From Eledone cirrhosa (lineage: Eukaryota), in contig OZ024740.1 of NCBI GenBank assembly GCA_964016885.1, positions 191,146,001 to 191,210,000 on the forward strand: a DNA stretch of 64,000 nucleotides, read 5' to 3'. The position numbers were made by a program, and so were the translations under genes. Shown here piece after piece: positions 14,001 through 26,735 of the stretch; the stretch's first letter is position 1; every line of letters begins with the position of its first letter. The notes under the pieces are model-generated. The model searched no databases, had not been told where the DNA came from, and saw nothing but the letters and a program-made list of their open reading frames with translations.

Positions 14001-14605
14001 GTAATCAATTGGTGAAAGTTGTTATGATTGAACGTCTGATGATTTTCCACAACAGATCACTCAACGGGTCATGATTGTCCGGAGTTTTATCATAATAATA
14101 AGCAAGTAAGACGGTTACGTTAGTCCATCCATATTTATTTTATTATACGTATCTCGAAGACGTGTGTCTTTTGTATAACATCTGCCAACGTATGTTTCAG
14201 ATAAAATCCACAGGAGATGTATTATCCGTTGATTTGCAGTCGTTCACCATATGCCCGGACAATTTCACACACATATATCTTACATTTGGCGTTGCTTATT
14301 TTGAACTGGTTAGTGTACATGAATATAGATAAAAACAATCACACACCCTCGCGTAAATACAAACAAACTATATATATTAACACAAACATACACAGTTAAT
14401 TTCAATCAAAATAATAGGGGTACTCGAACCCAAAACTATATAGACGGGACAGACCCGGCTCCAAATAGATATAACTTAAATACCACCATAAAGTTAAATA
14501 GGAGGGCTAGATCCCGCTCTTATCCACCCCACTCCCTTAGAATTCAATAGAACTCAGGTCGGCTTTTCGTTAACATATTATGGATGTGGTTTCCTAGATA
14601 AATTA

Positions 14606-14792
14606 ATTGTTTCTACTTTTGGCACAAGGCCATCAATTACCCAGTGCATTACTGGTACTTTATTTTATCGACCCCGTAAGGATGAAAGGCAAAGTTAACC
14701 TCGGCGGGATTTGAACTCAGACCGTAAAGGGAGGACGTAACTATGCTAGAAAGCATGGGGTCCGACTCTCTACCGATAGTGCCAATCCACAC
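14606..14792 (-). mobile_element. tRNA-derived SINE with target-site duplication
   Basis: Full-length family match; TSD cctagataaattaat at 14593 and 14793. Confidence 0.9.
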
Positions 14793-15258
14793 CCTAGATA
14801 AATTAATACAGTCAAATCTTTAATCGATACGCTCTCAAACTTTCCTACTCGTCTAGCTAAAATATAGCCCAGAATATAGCGAAAATTAACAATAGAAGTC
14901 TGGGAATTAAAAATAGGGAGATAACTCCCACTAACAAACAGAAATAATGTTAGAATAAACAGCAACTTGAATAACAATGTAAAACACGTTAACATGGATG
15001 ACTTAAAGGCACAGAGAGGGCACTTCAAATGATAAAGGAAATAATTACAACTGTATTTGCAACTATATTTGCCCATTGAATAACAACTGTCTAGATAATA
15101 ATATAGTTTATGAATGCAAAGTAAAAAGTAGTAATAGGATTTATAGTTATATTGGCGCAACATTTAAGTAAAGGTGGTTCAACCGTCACCATTCATTTAA
15201 ACGAGAAGCTAAAAGATGTAGCACGCCACTGTCAGAACTGATTTGGTCATTAAAAATA

Positions 15259-15443
15259 ATTGTTTCTACTTTTTGGCACAAGGCCAGCAATTACCCAGTG
15301 CATTACTGGTACTTTATTTTATCGACCCCGTAAGGATGAAAGGCAAAGTTAACCTCGGCGCGATTTGAAATCAGATCATAAAGGGACGTAACTCTATGCT
15401 TCAAAGCATGGTGTCCGACTCTCTACCGATACTGCCAATCCAC
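15259..15443 (-). mobile_element. tRNA-derived SINE with target-site duplication
   Basis: Family match; TSD ttaaaaataat on both sides. Confidence 0.9.
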
Positions 15444-16011
15444 TTAAAAATAATAGTGTTGAATATTCCCTTTCTCGGTAAAACACTCTCACACACTTTT
15501 TCATACACAAATGTTTCTATATCTAAAGGGTGTTTCCTCTCTACCACCGATGTTCTCCACATCTTAAACAAAAGACATAACATTATAAGTAAACGCACGG
15601 AAATTTGTATTTCTTTTCTGCACAAAACCAAGAAGAATTTTCGTAGGGTATTTAGTTCAAACGTAAATAAAGTTAAGTAGAATATGAAATAACTAATTCA
15701 AAATCCTTTTATATTTCGTTACATTATCAGTAAAGTATCTACGGATAAACATATAAAATTTAAAATATTATCTAAGAGAATTCAATCTAGCATAAATGAT
15801 AAGAAATATACTAACAGTACACACAGGCTTCCCTTTGAACTGATTAACAAATCCAGTAACCTGGACCCCAGCCATTTCAAAAACAGCAATACCAACTGTA
15901 TGATATATTTGTGTGAAGATTTTAAATGGAGCTGATTATCCGAATAAGGTGAAACAACTGTTTTCGGAAATGGTGAACTAACTATTGTGTAACTCTCTCT
16001 CCCCCCCCCCC

Positions 16012-16084
<73 letters not shown>

Positions 16085-16395
16085 CATTATTCATTTTCTG
16101 ATGAAGTGAAATATTTTACGTAATGCTTCTGAATAAACATATGAGCAAAAATACAAACAGACACACACACACACACATATAAAAGGTTGTATGCGTGCCA
16201 GATGAAGGGCCAATTTGGAAATTCCTTCTCCAATACAGGCTGATTGCTATAAATGAAGCCCGGACACAAGGGTCATACTTGTTAAGTGCAGTAAATCTTA
16301 TTTATACTAAATCAGATATCTTGCAATATATTGAGCATTGTTTTCTTTGACCTTTCATCTACAGATATCCTGAATAAACACACACATAGAGATAT

Positions 16396-16432
<37 letters not shown>

Positions 16433-16732
16433 TGCACCGATAGAGGGGTATCATGAAGAGTAGCACTAACCAAAGGGAGATAGGAGAAAAAGTTAAATCG
16501 GCGGGAGGTTACTAGACTTGGGACCTTATTAACTAGAGGGAGAGCGATGAGATATACGTTTGTTCGTGGCAAGAACATGCGTAAAGAGGGAGAGGCGAGG
16601 GAAAACGGAAATAGTTCGTGAGCAAAGAGAAAGGGGAGAGAGAAAGAAAGAAAGAGATAAGGAGGATGGAAAGGTGTTATAATAAAAACAGATGAGATAG
16701 AGAGAATAGGAGGGTCACAGCAATATATATAC

Positions 16733-16774
<42 letters not shown>

Positions 16775-16790
16775 CTGTGTGTGTGTGTGA

Positions 16791-16831
<41 letters not shown>

Positions 16832-16845
16832 CGTATTTATATGTA

Positions 16846-16924
<79 letters not shown>

Positions 16925-16927
<3 letters not shown>

Positions 16928-18020
16928 AACCAGTGAGACCCCGACGGCTGAGCTCAGGCCGTTTCGACGGCTAATTCTGGACTAAATGAAAATTTATCCT
17001 GGTATTTAAATAGCTGGGCTTCTCAAGGAGTAATTCCATATATGGTTAAAGTGATTGTCACAAGGATTGGTCACAAGTTAGTAGTAATTCTGTGATGGCA
17101 AATTAGTGGGGGATGGGGTAGCTAAACCTGCCAGTAGAAGAAGAAGGGGAGGGGTGGAGTAGACCCATTCATGCATTGGTAGTGCCGGCTACAGCTGGGC
17201 TTGAGGTCAAAGAAGATACTAGGGAAGGGGAGGGGGACGAAGTCGAAACGGTAAGTAGAACAATGAAGGGTAAAAATATATTTTCAAAAATACTGAGAGT
17301 GATAAAAAGCGAATAATGTAAAAAAAAAATAATCAATTTCTACGACCTAAGTCTCTCGCTATTACTAGGCTAAATAAATAAATAAATAAATAAATAAGTA
17401 AATAAATAAAAAATAAAAAAATTAATAAAAAAATAAACTAGGTGGGACGGTATAAGAAGGGACCCTTTTAAGAGGTATAAGTAGGTATAGCATACGGTGA
17501 CTGGTCAACAAGGGGGGGGGGGGGGGGGGGGCAAGATACTATAGAAACTACCACGAAATAATTAATAAAGATTTCTACCCCAGGCACAAGGCCAGCAACC
17601 ACTCAGTGCAGAAAAGTAAACTAGTACAAAATAATAATTCAGAGTCACGAAAAAAATATACTAATGCTAACTCTAAGGGTACCGCCACGCTACAAAAGTT
17701 CTTATACAAGCTACATGAATGTTCGTACGAAGTAAAAGTAAAATACGGAAAATTGATTCAGAATCCCCCCCCTCCCCCCGCCCAAAAGAAAAGGGAAGAA
17801 AGAAATACTGAATAATCGAGAAATTAAAACAATGATGCCACTAAGAAATATAGAAGGCTTATTTTTTTCTTTACATTTATTCGCTTTCTATCACTCTCAG
17901 TATTTTTTTAAATATATGTTTACCCCTCATTGTTCTACTTACCGTTTCGACTTCCTCCCCCTCCCCCTCCTTAGTATCTTCTTTGGCCTCACGCCCAGCT
18001 GTAGCCGGCACTACCAACGC
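16925..18020 (-). mobile_element. PLE 3' UTR and pseudo-LTR (family of 43310-45456) with an inverted internal fragment
   Basis: 16925-17860 aligns to 43311-44190; 17865-18020 is an inverse of about 17170-17325. Confidence 0.85.
16938..17031 (-). ncRNA. Hammerhead ribozyme, U3-A8 core, long stem II
   Basis: actcc-TTGAGAA-(about 54 nt)-GAAA-cggcctgagctcagccg-TC-ggggt. Confidence 0.75.
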
Positions 18021-18021
18021 G

Positions 18022-18579
18022 TCTATGAGGTCACTAAACCTGCTAGAAACAGCAGCTAACTCTCCCCCATACCACACCCCTCCCTACTGTCATAAATTTA
18101 GAAAACATATCTTCTATGAGGTCACTAAACCTGCTAGAAACAGCAGCTAACTCTCCCCCATATCACACCCCTCCCTACTGTCTTACATTTAGAAAACACA
18201 TATCCTTTATGAGGTCACTAAACCTGCTAGAAACAACAGCTAACTGTCCCTCATATCAAAACCCTCCCTACTGTCTTAAATTTAGAAAACGCACAGACAA
18301 CCATGCAGAACAACTTCATCGCAGCTCTGTTGTTCGGCTGGCATCGTCTACGCGCGTGTTGCGCAAGTACTGTGAAACAATAAATTTCAACACTTTTTTG
18401 CACAGAGATAATATCCATAGGCGAAACTACAATTGTCACTGCTGGCGCAGCTCCTGCTTCCAGGTCTGCAGTTCATTCACCCAGTGCCTGGCAGACAAAA
18501 AAGTGGTGCCATAAAATGGGTGGTGCAACCTAACTTTGGTAACTTAATGACCCCGAGCAACGCCGGGCTTTAATGCTAG
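18022..18579 (+). mobile_element. Non-autonomous Helitron 3' fragment with a three-copy 92-bp minisatellite
   Basis: Ends cccgagcaacgccggg...gCTAG, the same subterminal hairpin as the 63896-63923 Helitron end; tandem units start at 18022, 18113 and 18206. Confidence 0.7.
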
Positions 18580-18628
<49 letters not shown>

Positions 18629-18687
18629 CTCTCTCTATCTCTCTCTCTATATATATGTGTATATATGTATATATATATATATTTATA

Positions 18688-18759
<72 letters not shown>

Positions 18760-18888
18760 AAAGTTCTATTTAAAGTTGTTGGCATACAACAAGTAAATAT
18801 TTTTATAACTGATATAAAGCACTCGACAAGTTTTTGGAGTAGATATACGATATTAATAAATGGAAACTATATTTATAAAACCATATTT

Positions 18889-18951
18889 ATTTCATTATAC
18901 ATATTTCAGGGATACCACATTAAATTAGGGCATGCCTTCATCAGACAAAAT
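18889..18951 (-). ncRNA. Type-I hammerhead ribozyme
   Basis: Inverse of 19318-19380 with canonical CTGATGA and GAAA. Confidence 0.75.
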
Positions 18952-19317
18952 ACAATATATAGCAATTTTACAAATAGCTTTGACGTACCCTTTTAAAATG
19001 CAACCAGACTTTTGGAGGCTGTCTGGATAGTGATTTGTTTATATTATTTTAATAAGTCATAGTGTTAAGCACAATTAGAAAAAGACGGAGAGAAAGAAAA
19101 AAAAAAATTCTCTCTCTCTCCGATATTTCTCCATGTTTTCTTTCTCTCTCTCCGTCTTTTTTTCTTTTTTTCTTTCTCTGCGTCTTTTTCTAATTGTGCT
19201 TAACACTATGACTTATTAAAATAATATAACCAAATCACTATCCAGACAGCCTCCAAAAGTAATGGTTGCATTTTAAAAGGGTACGTCAAAGCTATTTGTA
19301 AAACTGTTATGTATTGT

Positions 19318-19380
19318 ATTTTGTCTGATGAAGGCATAACATAATTTAATGTGGTATCCCTGAAATATGTATAATGAAAT
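19318..19380 (+). ncRNA. Type-I hammerhead ribozyme
   Basis: attttgt-CTGATGA-aggcataacat..gtggtatccct-GAAA-tatgta-TA-atgaaat. Confidence 0.75.
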
Positions 19381-19420
19381 AAATATGGTTTTATAAATAT
19401 AGTTTCCATTTACTTATATC

Positions 19421-19449
<29 letters not shown>

Positions 19450-19452
<3 letters not shown>

Positions 19453-19645
19453 CGATCGAATTCTGGTCAGAAACCAGGTGGACAATTAACGCAGCAGAGT
19501 ACTCGATACTTTGTGGAGTAGAGTGTGTAATAGGAAAAGAGTCAGGATTCCGACGCCTGAGCTCCGGCCCTTTCGACAACTAGTTCTTAACGACTAGCGG
19601 TCGAAACGGCCGGAGCTCAGCTGTCGAGTCCCGTATCTGTTCCTA
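19450..19645. mobile_element. About 200-bp fold-back of two PLE 3' tips (related to the 43310 family), retaining only the GAAA/stem III half of the HHR
   Basis: gtcGAAAcggccggagctcagctgTC and its inverse; the left tail resembles the inverse of 45378-45456. Confidence 0.7.
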
Positions 19646-19888
19646 TATATATATATATATATATAATCATGTTGCAACAGAAGGTAGCGCATTTGACTTA
19701 GTCATTGTAATATATTTATAGATATTGTCTCAGCATATATATGTTCTATCTTCATGAACCCTATTTTTAATATTTACGGAATTGTACACTTATTCTATTT
19801 TCGTCGAAACCTTCTGAATTGAACAAATTACAATATTTCTCAAATCACTCACATAATGTTCAACAATCTCACGTATGTATCCACATTA

Positions 19889-19934
<46 letters not shown>

Positions 19935-19935
<1 letters not shown>

Positions 19936-20959
19936 AATTAATAAAAACAATGAATATAAACAAAAACAAAGAAACAGTTCCTTATACTAAACAATTCATC
20001 ATTTTACGATCGTTTCTAGGATATATATGTGTGGGTTGGTGTGTATATCATATAGATCTATGTACACATTTTACAAACTATCAAAGGAAATATACTTAGG
20101 TACACATACATATGCTATCTTCAGAAATAATTGTTTTACGATTGGCACAAGGCAAGCAATTACCCATTACAATTCTGGTACTTTATTTTATCGACCCCGT
20201 AAGGATGAAAGGCAAAGTTAACCTCGGCGGGATTTGAACTCAGACTGTAATGGGACGTAACTATGCTAGAAAGCATGGCGCCCAACCCTCTACCGATACT
20301 GCCAATTCACCGCCCGCAGAGGTTAACTTTGCCTTTCATCCTTATGGAGTTGATAAAATAAAGTACCAGTAATACACTGGGTAATTGCTGGCCTTGTGCC
20401 AAAAGTATATACAATTATATATGCTGTCTTCAGAAATAATTGTTTCTACTTTAGGCACAAGGCCAGCAATTATCCAGTGCATTACTGGTACTTTATTTTA
20501 TCGACTCCGTAAGGATGAAAGGCAAAGTTAACCTCTGCGGGATTTGAACTCAGAGTGTAAAGGGACGTAACTATGCTAGAAAGCATGGCGTCCGACCCTC
20601 TAGCGATACTGCCAATCCACCGCCCCATACTGTTTTCATAAATAATGAAGACTGCATATATATGTGTAGGTATGTATATTTGATTTGATAGTTTGTAAAA
20701 TGGTTACATAGATCTATATGATATACATACCAACACACACATTTATATCCTAGAAACGATCATAAAATGAGGAATTTTTTAATATAAGGAACTGTTTCTT
20801 TGTTTTTATTCATTTTTTTTAAATTAATTTATCTTGACTCTGTTTTCCTGTAATTTTCATCGAAAACAATTTTTGAATACATCTTCTCTTTTCATGATAT
20901 TTGGATTACATTGAGCTCTTCATACGGATTGGACACTACCGTATATTTTGGTAGATTTA

Positions 20960-20963
<4 letters not shown>
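19935..20963. mobile_element. Fold-back HHR element enclosing duplicated and inverted SINE copies
   Basis: 19935-20130 is the inverse of about 20640-20830; SINEs at 20128-20315 (-), 20316-20416 (+, partial) and 20436-20625 (-); right tail to 20963. Confidence 0.8.
19999..20130 (-). ncRNA. Hammerhead ribozyme with stem II region of about 100 nt
   Basis: ttattt-CTGAAGA-tagcatatgtatgtgt...acacatatatatccta-GAAA-cgatcg-TA-aaatga; 6-bp stem I, palindromic stem III ACGATCGT. Confidence 0.7.
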
Positions 20964-20990
<27 letters not shown>

Positions 20991-21075
20991 CGAGAGAGTG
21001 AGGGAGAGGGAGAGAGCGAGAAACTGGTGGCTGTGAAGTTGCATCACACTCATTTGCCCGTAACTTTTTTATTTT

Positions 21076-21117
<42 letters not shown>

Positions 21118-21119
21118 GT

Positions 21120-21572
21120 AGTTTTATTCTATTCCATTTATCGTTTTCAGTGCACCCGACCGACTAAACTCGCTCGATATGCAAATTGGTTGCTCAGCCG
21201 TTAATATACACAAGGAAAGTATATCCTTTCAGACGTTCAACCAACTAGCAGGAAGGTATGCGATGCTGACGATAGCTAATAAGCTTGAAACTAGTACATC
21301 ATTCCTGTGTCAGTGTTGAACAAAAAGGTAACGTGGTTGCCTAAACAATGTACGGCGTAATTTGGACTGTTTGTTTGTTTACAAACAAACCGACCATTAT
21401 AATAAATGCTCGGTAAATCGATACGTGCATATATATATGTGACCATGTATGTATATATATACATATTACTGTACGGCTGTATACATATATGTATGTACGT
21501 ATACATACATACATACTTACATTTAAGTAACTGCCGTACTAAGAGTGAGAAATGAAATTTCGTTTCATCCGA
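21120..21572 (-). repeat. Second copy of the 445-bp unit
   Basis: Reverse complement aligns to 5430-5880. Confidence 0.75.
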
Positions 21573-21620
21573 TTCTCTCTCTATATATACAACCTATATC
21601 TATATGTGTATATATATACA

Positions 21621-21775
<155 letters not shown>

Positions 21776-22041
21776 CATACAACCTATATCTATATGTACA
21801 CCTGTATTATCTTACTGCAACTTGATCTATATTGTATTTCCCCTTTACTGTGATTCCGCCGATACGTACTTATATACTTCCGTCTTAATACATCCCTAGT
21901 TATTTACTTTATTAACTTTTTATTAATTTTTGTTATTAATTTATTAAATTATTTTTTATTAATGTATTCTTTATCTTTGTATTTTATGTTTGTATCCTGC
22001 TCTTATTATTTTTTTGTAACACACACGCACACTGCACACAT

Positions 22042-22188
<147 letters not shown>

Positions 22189-22189
22189 A

Positions 22190-22345
22190 AGACTAAAATC
22201 CGAAGAGGGCTCGATAACTATTATACATCAATGTATAAGAAAACCTTAGAGCAAATATATATTAAAATAAAAGATTAAAGCTTCAGCAAAGAATCGCTCG
22301 GTGGAAGCAATGATTATTTGCTTAAACTTTAAACTGTAATTTTAA
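22190..22345. mobile_element. About 155-bp fold-back of the termini of the 6101-7552 PLE family
   Basis: aaatccgaagagggctcgataa..agattaaagcttcagcaaagaa matches 6127-6227; followed by the inverse tip tttgcttaaactttaa. Confidence 0.75.
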
Positions 22346-22352
22346 CACACAT

Positions 22353-22440
<88 letters not shown>

Positions 22441-24070
22441 TTATTTATTAGCATCCGTCGTTCATGGATATGTGGCTGAAGAATTTTCGATTCGTTGTTC
22501 GAGGCATAGTAGAAGTGAATGATGTAGTTGATACGCCGATGTGGTCTTTACGTACTAATTTCATTAATGTTCCATTACGAAAACCAACAACAAAATGAAG
22601 CTTATCATGTTAGATACTTATCACGGTCTAGCTAGCTTATTTCACTTTGTGTTAATAACATTTTTAAAAGGGCACGTTGTTCGTGCTTGTTTTTCAGAGT
22701 AATTCGCGTGAAGTAACATTCAAGTGTATCTTTTATTTTGTATGCATCATCGACTAGAAATACTTTCTTTCCGTGGTGTCAGATTTGTTGGAAAACAATT
22801 TAAAATATTAATTTTTCCGTTGAGACCTATGATAGATCTGACACTAATATATGGTAGAGTTCTTCAAATGTCATAGGGTAATGTAGTTTATCATGCTAAA
22901 CATTCATTCTTCAACCGAATAAGAGGAAGGATCACTATGATGGGTTGCCGCAACGTTGTACTCAACAAAATATAACTCACAAAATTTCACCCTTAATACA
23001 CCATTTTAGACAGGAACTTACTTCGTGTACACATAGACAAGTATGCAGCAAACACATATGGTATAGGATGTGTAGATATCAATGTAATTATGATAGTTAC
23101 AAAGAAGAAGACATGGGATTTAAAAGCAGAAATATCTACCATTGATTCGCAATATAAATTGTGAATAAATATGAACACTATTAAATCATGTAAGTAGGAT
23201 AAAAATACATTTTAACGTTATTGTTATCCAGACGTGTACAAACTGCCCATCATATAAGCATTACAAATGTAATATACTTTGTTTGGTCGGACATATAAGA
23301 ATTATCAAACTCTAATAGTAGAGTGTTCTTTTTCACGTTGAATAGAAATTATAATGACGGTTTATATTTCAAATTCCAAATATCTTTGTATTAAATACAT
23401 TATGCCACAATTATATGCAGCAACTTATTTGTATATTTTGAATTTGTGCAACAATGATATGTTCAACAATTTCTTATAAGTCCATAGATGTCATGTATCC
23501 ATTGATCTGAATATTCCCTCCTATCAGAGTTAATAAATGTTTCACTTAATGATATGCATTGCAATCGGACTTTCAAAATTTCCTTGTTTTTCTGCTTGTA
23601 TAATTTCACTAAGCTCCTGTTACATCAATTTGAAAGAAGAACAAAGACTGGAATATCTCAATATTTCCATAATATATACATTAAGTTGTGATAGGAATTG
23701 ATTCTATCATCCGTTTACTACGAATGTTATCGATGCACTAGCAACAAAGCATGTCAAATTATTTAATGATGAATGAATATATATATAAACAACTAATGCA
23801 TGTAAATATTTTATTCAAAATTCAATAGAATCGATGTCATGTCATGTCTTCAGATATACATAGAGACAATTCTTTGCATGTCCTTACAATGATATTGAGA
23901 GGAAAGAGAATCGGTAACCTTCAGGAACAGTCAGCGATACGTAATATATGTTTAACGTAAAGCAAGTGGACATATATTCAAAATGTTTGTATACATTATT
24001 ATGTATAATAATTAGATTGAATCTGTAACAAATCTATAAGAAGCATCGCGTTTCATATATTTCACTTTCT

Positions 24071-24387
24071 AACCTAACTGAATTGATGTTTATGATAATG
24101 AAATAGTTCGATTAAATTGAGAGGAAAATAGCGTTTTACCAACAAGTGTCAATATTTAGAAATAGTAAACAAATATATCATTTAAAAGGCTATACCTTAT
24201 ACAGAATACATATAAAGCCCAGTTCTTCATATTTGTGCTTTCTATATATATTCTGTATAAGGTATAACCTTTTAAACGATATATTTGTTTACTATTTCTA
24301 ACTATTGACACGTGTTAGTGAAGCGCAATATTTTAATGAATTTAATCGAGAATTAACATTATCTTAAACATCAATTCAGTTAGGTTT
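24071..24387. mobile_element. Palindromic MITE-like element
   Basis: Arms of about 148 bp (aacctaactgaattgatgttta... / ...taaacatcaattcagttaggtt) around a spacer of about 18 nt. Confidence 0.75.
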
Positions 24388-24591
24388 GATTAAATGAATT
24401 AACCTATCGATATACAGGTCATTATTCGGACTTCCAAATATATTAATTTTCTCCGTAATATACTTTGCCGAATAAGGATTATCTCATAATAATTTATTTG
24501 AGTTCGTAGTATACCAACTTCATGTATTAAAGAATTAGACATAGTATCGTGTTCATTCATTGAACCACACATTCCTTCTGAACTAATTACA

Positions 24592-24702
24592 TTCTTCTTC
24601 TTCTTCTTCTTCTTCTTCTTCTTCTTCTTCTTCTTCTTCTTCTTCTTCTTCTTCTTCTTCTTCTTCTTCTTCTTCTTCTTCTTCTTCTTCTTCTTCTTCT
24701 TC
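24592..24702. repeat. (TTC)n microsatellite
   Basis: Pure trinucleotide run; possibly the tail of a minus-strand retroelement fragment at 24703-24870. Confidence 0.95.
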
Positions 24703-24932
24703 CAGGGAGTTTCGTCGAGGCAGCAACATTAGTCACGTCTTCTGCGGGTCTTATCAGAAGAAACTGTCTCAAATTGATCTACATAGTCTCCAAAGCGAGC
24801 TGTTGTAACGTAACAGTAGTATTTCGATTCGGAGAAATATCGGCTCTATTTTCAACGCTCTGTCGAGATAGCTATGAAAACCAAACTCCTATTCTTGAAT
24901 GACAGAAGTAGTACGTGGATATATATATATAT

Positions 24933-24970
<38 letters not shown>

Positions 24971-24995
24971 GTGTGTGTGTGTTTATATATATATA

Positions 24996-26266
24996 TGTAA
25001 ACAACTTGCAACTCCGCAGCGCCCTTATTATCATATTTACACATATTTTTTTCCTCTGCTGCTACACCGTCTTTTTCGTTCTATATACCTTTACCCTTTC
25101 TAGCAGTCTCTCTCTCTGTTAGCCTCTTCCTCCCCTCACCCTTCACTCACTCATTCTCTGTCACTACCTCTCCCCCTCCTCCTCTTTCTTCCCGTTTGAC
25201 CTGTGAGTAACTCTTTTCTCTCACATTCTCGGCCAAGCTGGTCGGAATTTGTTCTCTCTCGTCCACGATTTCACAGAACTAATGTTTACCGAATTCGCAG
25301 ACCAGACCCCTTCTTCCTCCCGTTAGACCTGTGCGAAATTCCTTCCTTGCTCACATTTTAACCAGGTTTGATGGTCTTTATTCTCTCGTTCACGATTTTA
25401 CCGAACCTAAATTCATAGAAATCTGGGACTTGTCTCCTTATTCCTCACTTTCTGTTGCCTCACCATTGTGTTTGTTTACCCTCGCGTCCCCTTCATTTAC
25501 GTGTCCCAACGACTTTTTTTAGCCGTTGCTCGCACCAACCGGAGGCATATGGTATTTAAAGCGATGAAATACCTATGATAGTTGGAAGATCACTGATGAA
25601 GGACAAACCTGTTTCATATGTAACCCATTTGCAACTCCGCAGCGCCCTTATTATCATATTTACACATATTTTTTCCTCTGCTGCTACACCGTCTTTTTCG
25701 TTCTATATATCTTTACCCTTTCTAGCAGTCTCTCTCTCTGTTAGCCTCTTCCTCACCTCACCCTTCACTCACTCATTCTCTGTCACTAACTCTCCTCCTC
25801 CTTTTTCTTCCCGTTTGACCTGTGAGTAACTCTTTTCTCTCACATTCTCGGCCAAGCTGGTCGGAATTTGTTCTCTCTCGTCCACGATTTCACAGAACTT
25901 ATGTTTACCGAATTCGCAGACCAGACCCCTTCTTCCTCCCGTTAGACCTGTGCGAAATTCCTTCCTTGCTCACATTTCAACCAGGTTTGATGGTCTTTAT
26001 TCTCTCGTTCACGATTTCACCGAACTTAAATTCATAGAAAACTGGGACTTGTCTCCTTATTCCTCACTTTCTGTTGCCTCACCATTTTGTTTCTTTACCC
26101 TCGCGTCCCCTTTATTTACGTGTCCCAACGACTTTTTTTAGCCGTTGCTCGCACCAAACGGAGGTATATGGTCTTTAAAGCGATGAAATACCTATGATAG
26201 TTGGAAGATCACTGATGAAGGACAAACTTTTTTCATATGTAACCCATTTGCAACTCCGCAGCGCCC

Positions 26267-26272
<6 letters not shown>
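24996..26272 (+). repeat. About 620-bp head-to-tail tandem repeat (about 2.05 units) between (TA)n tracts
   Basis: tgcaactccgcagcgcccttatta recurs at about 25007, 25630 and 26249; ctgatgaagga lies just before each junction. Confidence 0.85.
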
Positions 26273-26358
<86 letters not shown>

Positions 26359-26539
26359 GGTAACAGATTATTGTTGTAGCTAGTCCACTTAGGTGTAGTC
26401 CAGTTAGGGTAGTCCGAGTAGTGGATGATATCAACGCCTGGCTAAGTTTGACTCAACAAGGTGTTTCCATAGTGATGCTGCGAGTACGCGGTAATTCCTA
26501 TGTTGTTAACACTTGGAGTAATTATAAATCAGGAAACAA

Positions 26540-26646
26540 CCTCCGATGAACTGACTGGTTATAACAATGTATTGGTGATCGAATGACGTGAAAACAAGCG
26601 GGTAGCGATCTCTAGACCTACTAGTTCAGAGAAACAATTGTCAGCA
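26540..26646 (+). ncRNA. Hammerhead-like motif, U4C core, long stem II
   Basis: ct-CCGATGA-actgactggt...actagttcaga-GAAA-caattg-TC-ag; stem II ctga/tcag plus ctggt/actag; stem I only 2 bp. Confidence 0.55.
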
Positions 26647-26735
26647 ATGAGATTAAAAATCTTTTTTGTATAGCAGACCGAGTCCCTCTTCTTTCCTGAT
26701 TTATATATATATATATATATATACATATATATATA

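Larger units (their letters stand above)
18757..19422. mobile_element. Non-coding fold-back mini-element with an HHR in each arm
   Basis: 18845-19100 is the inverse of 19150-19422; left tail 18757-18844; (TA)n on both sides. Confidence 0.85.

Noticed and set aside
14180-14245. Minus-strand GAAAcatacgTT with stem I/II-like pairing
   Set aside because: The CUGANGA core is not recognisable; at best a dead remnant
16090-16126. CTGATGAagtGAAAtattTTA
   Set aside because: The flanks do not form stem I and no related copy is present
18022-18290. Regular repeats resembling a CRISPR array
   Set aside because: The whole 92-bp unit repeats with no unique spacers, there are no cas genes, and the context is eukaryotic
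24703-24765. Minus-strand ctgataa...gacgaaac next to (GAA)n
   Set aside because: C3-A8 mismatch and no convincing stem III or NUH site; more likely a retroelement 3' end
24587-24772. Poly-Arg ORF
   Set aside because: Translation of the (GAA)n microsatellite
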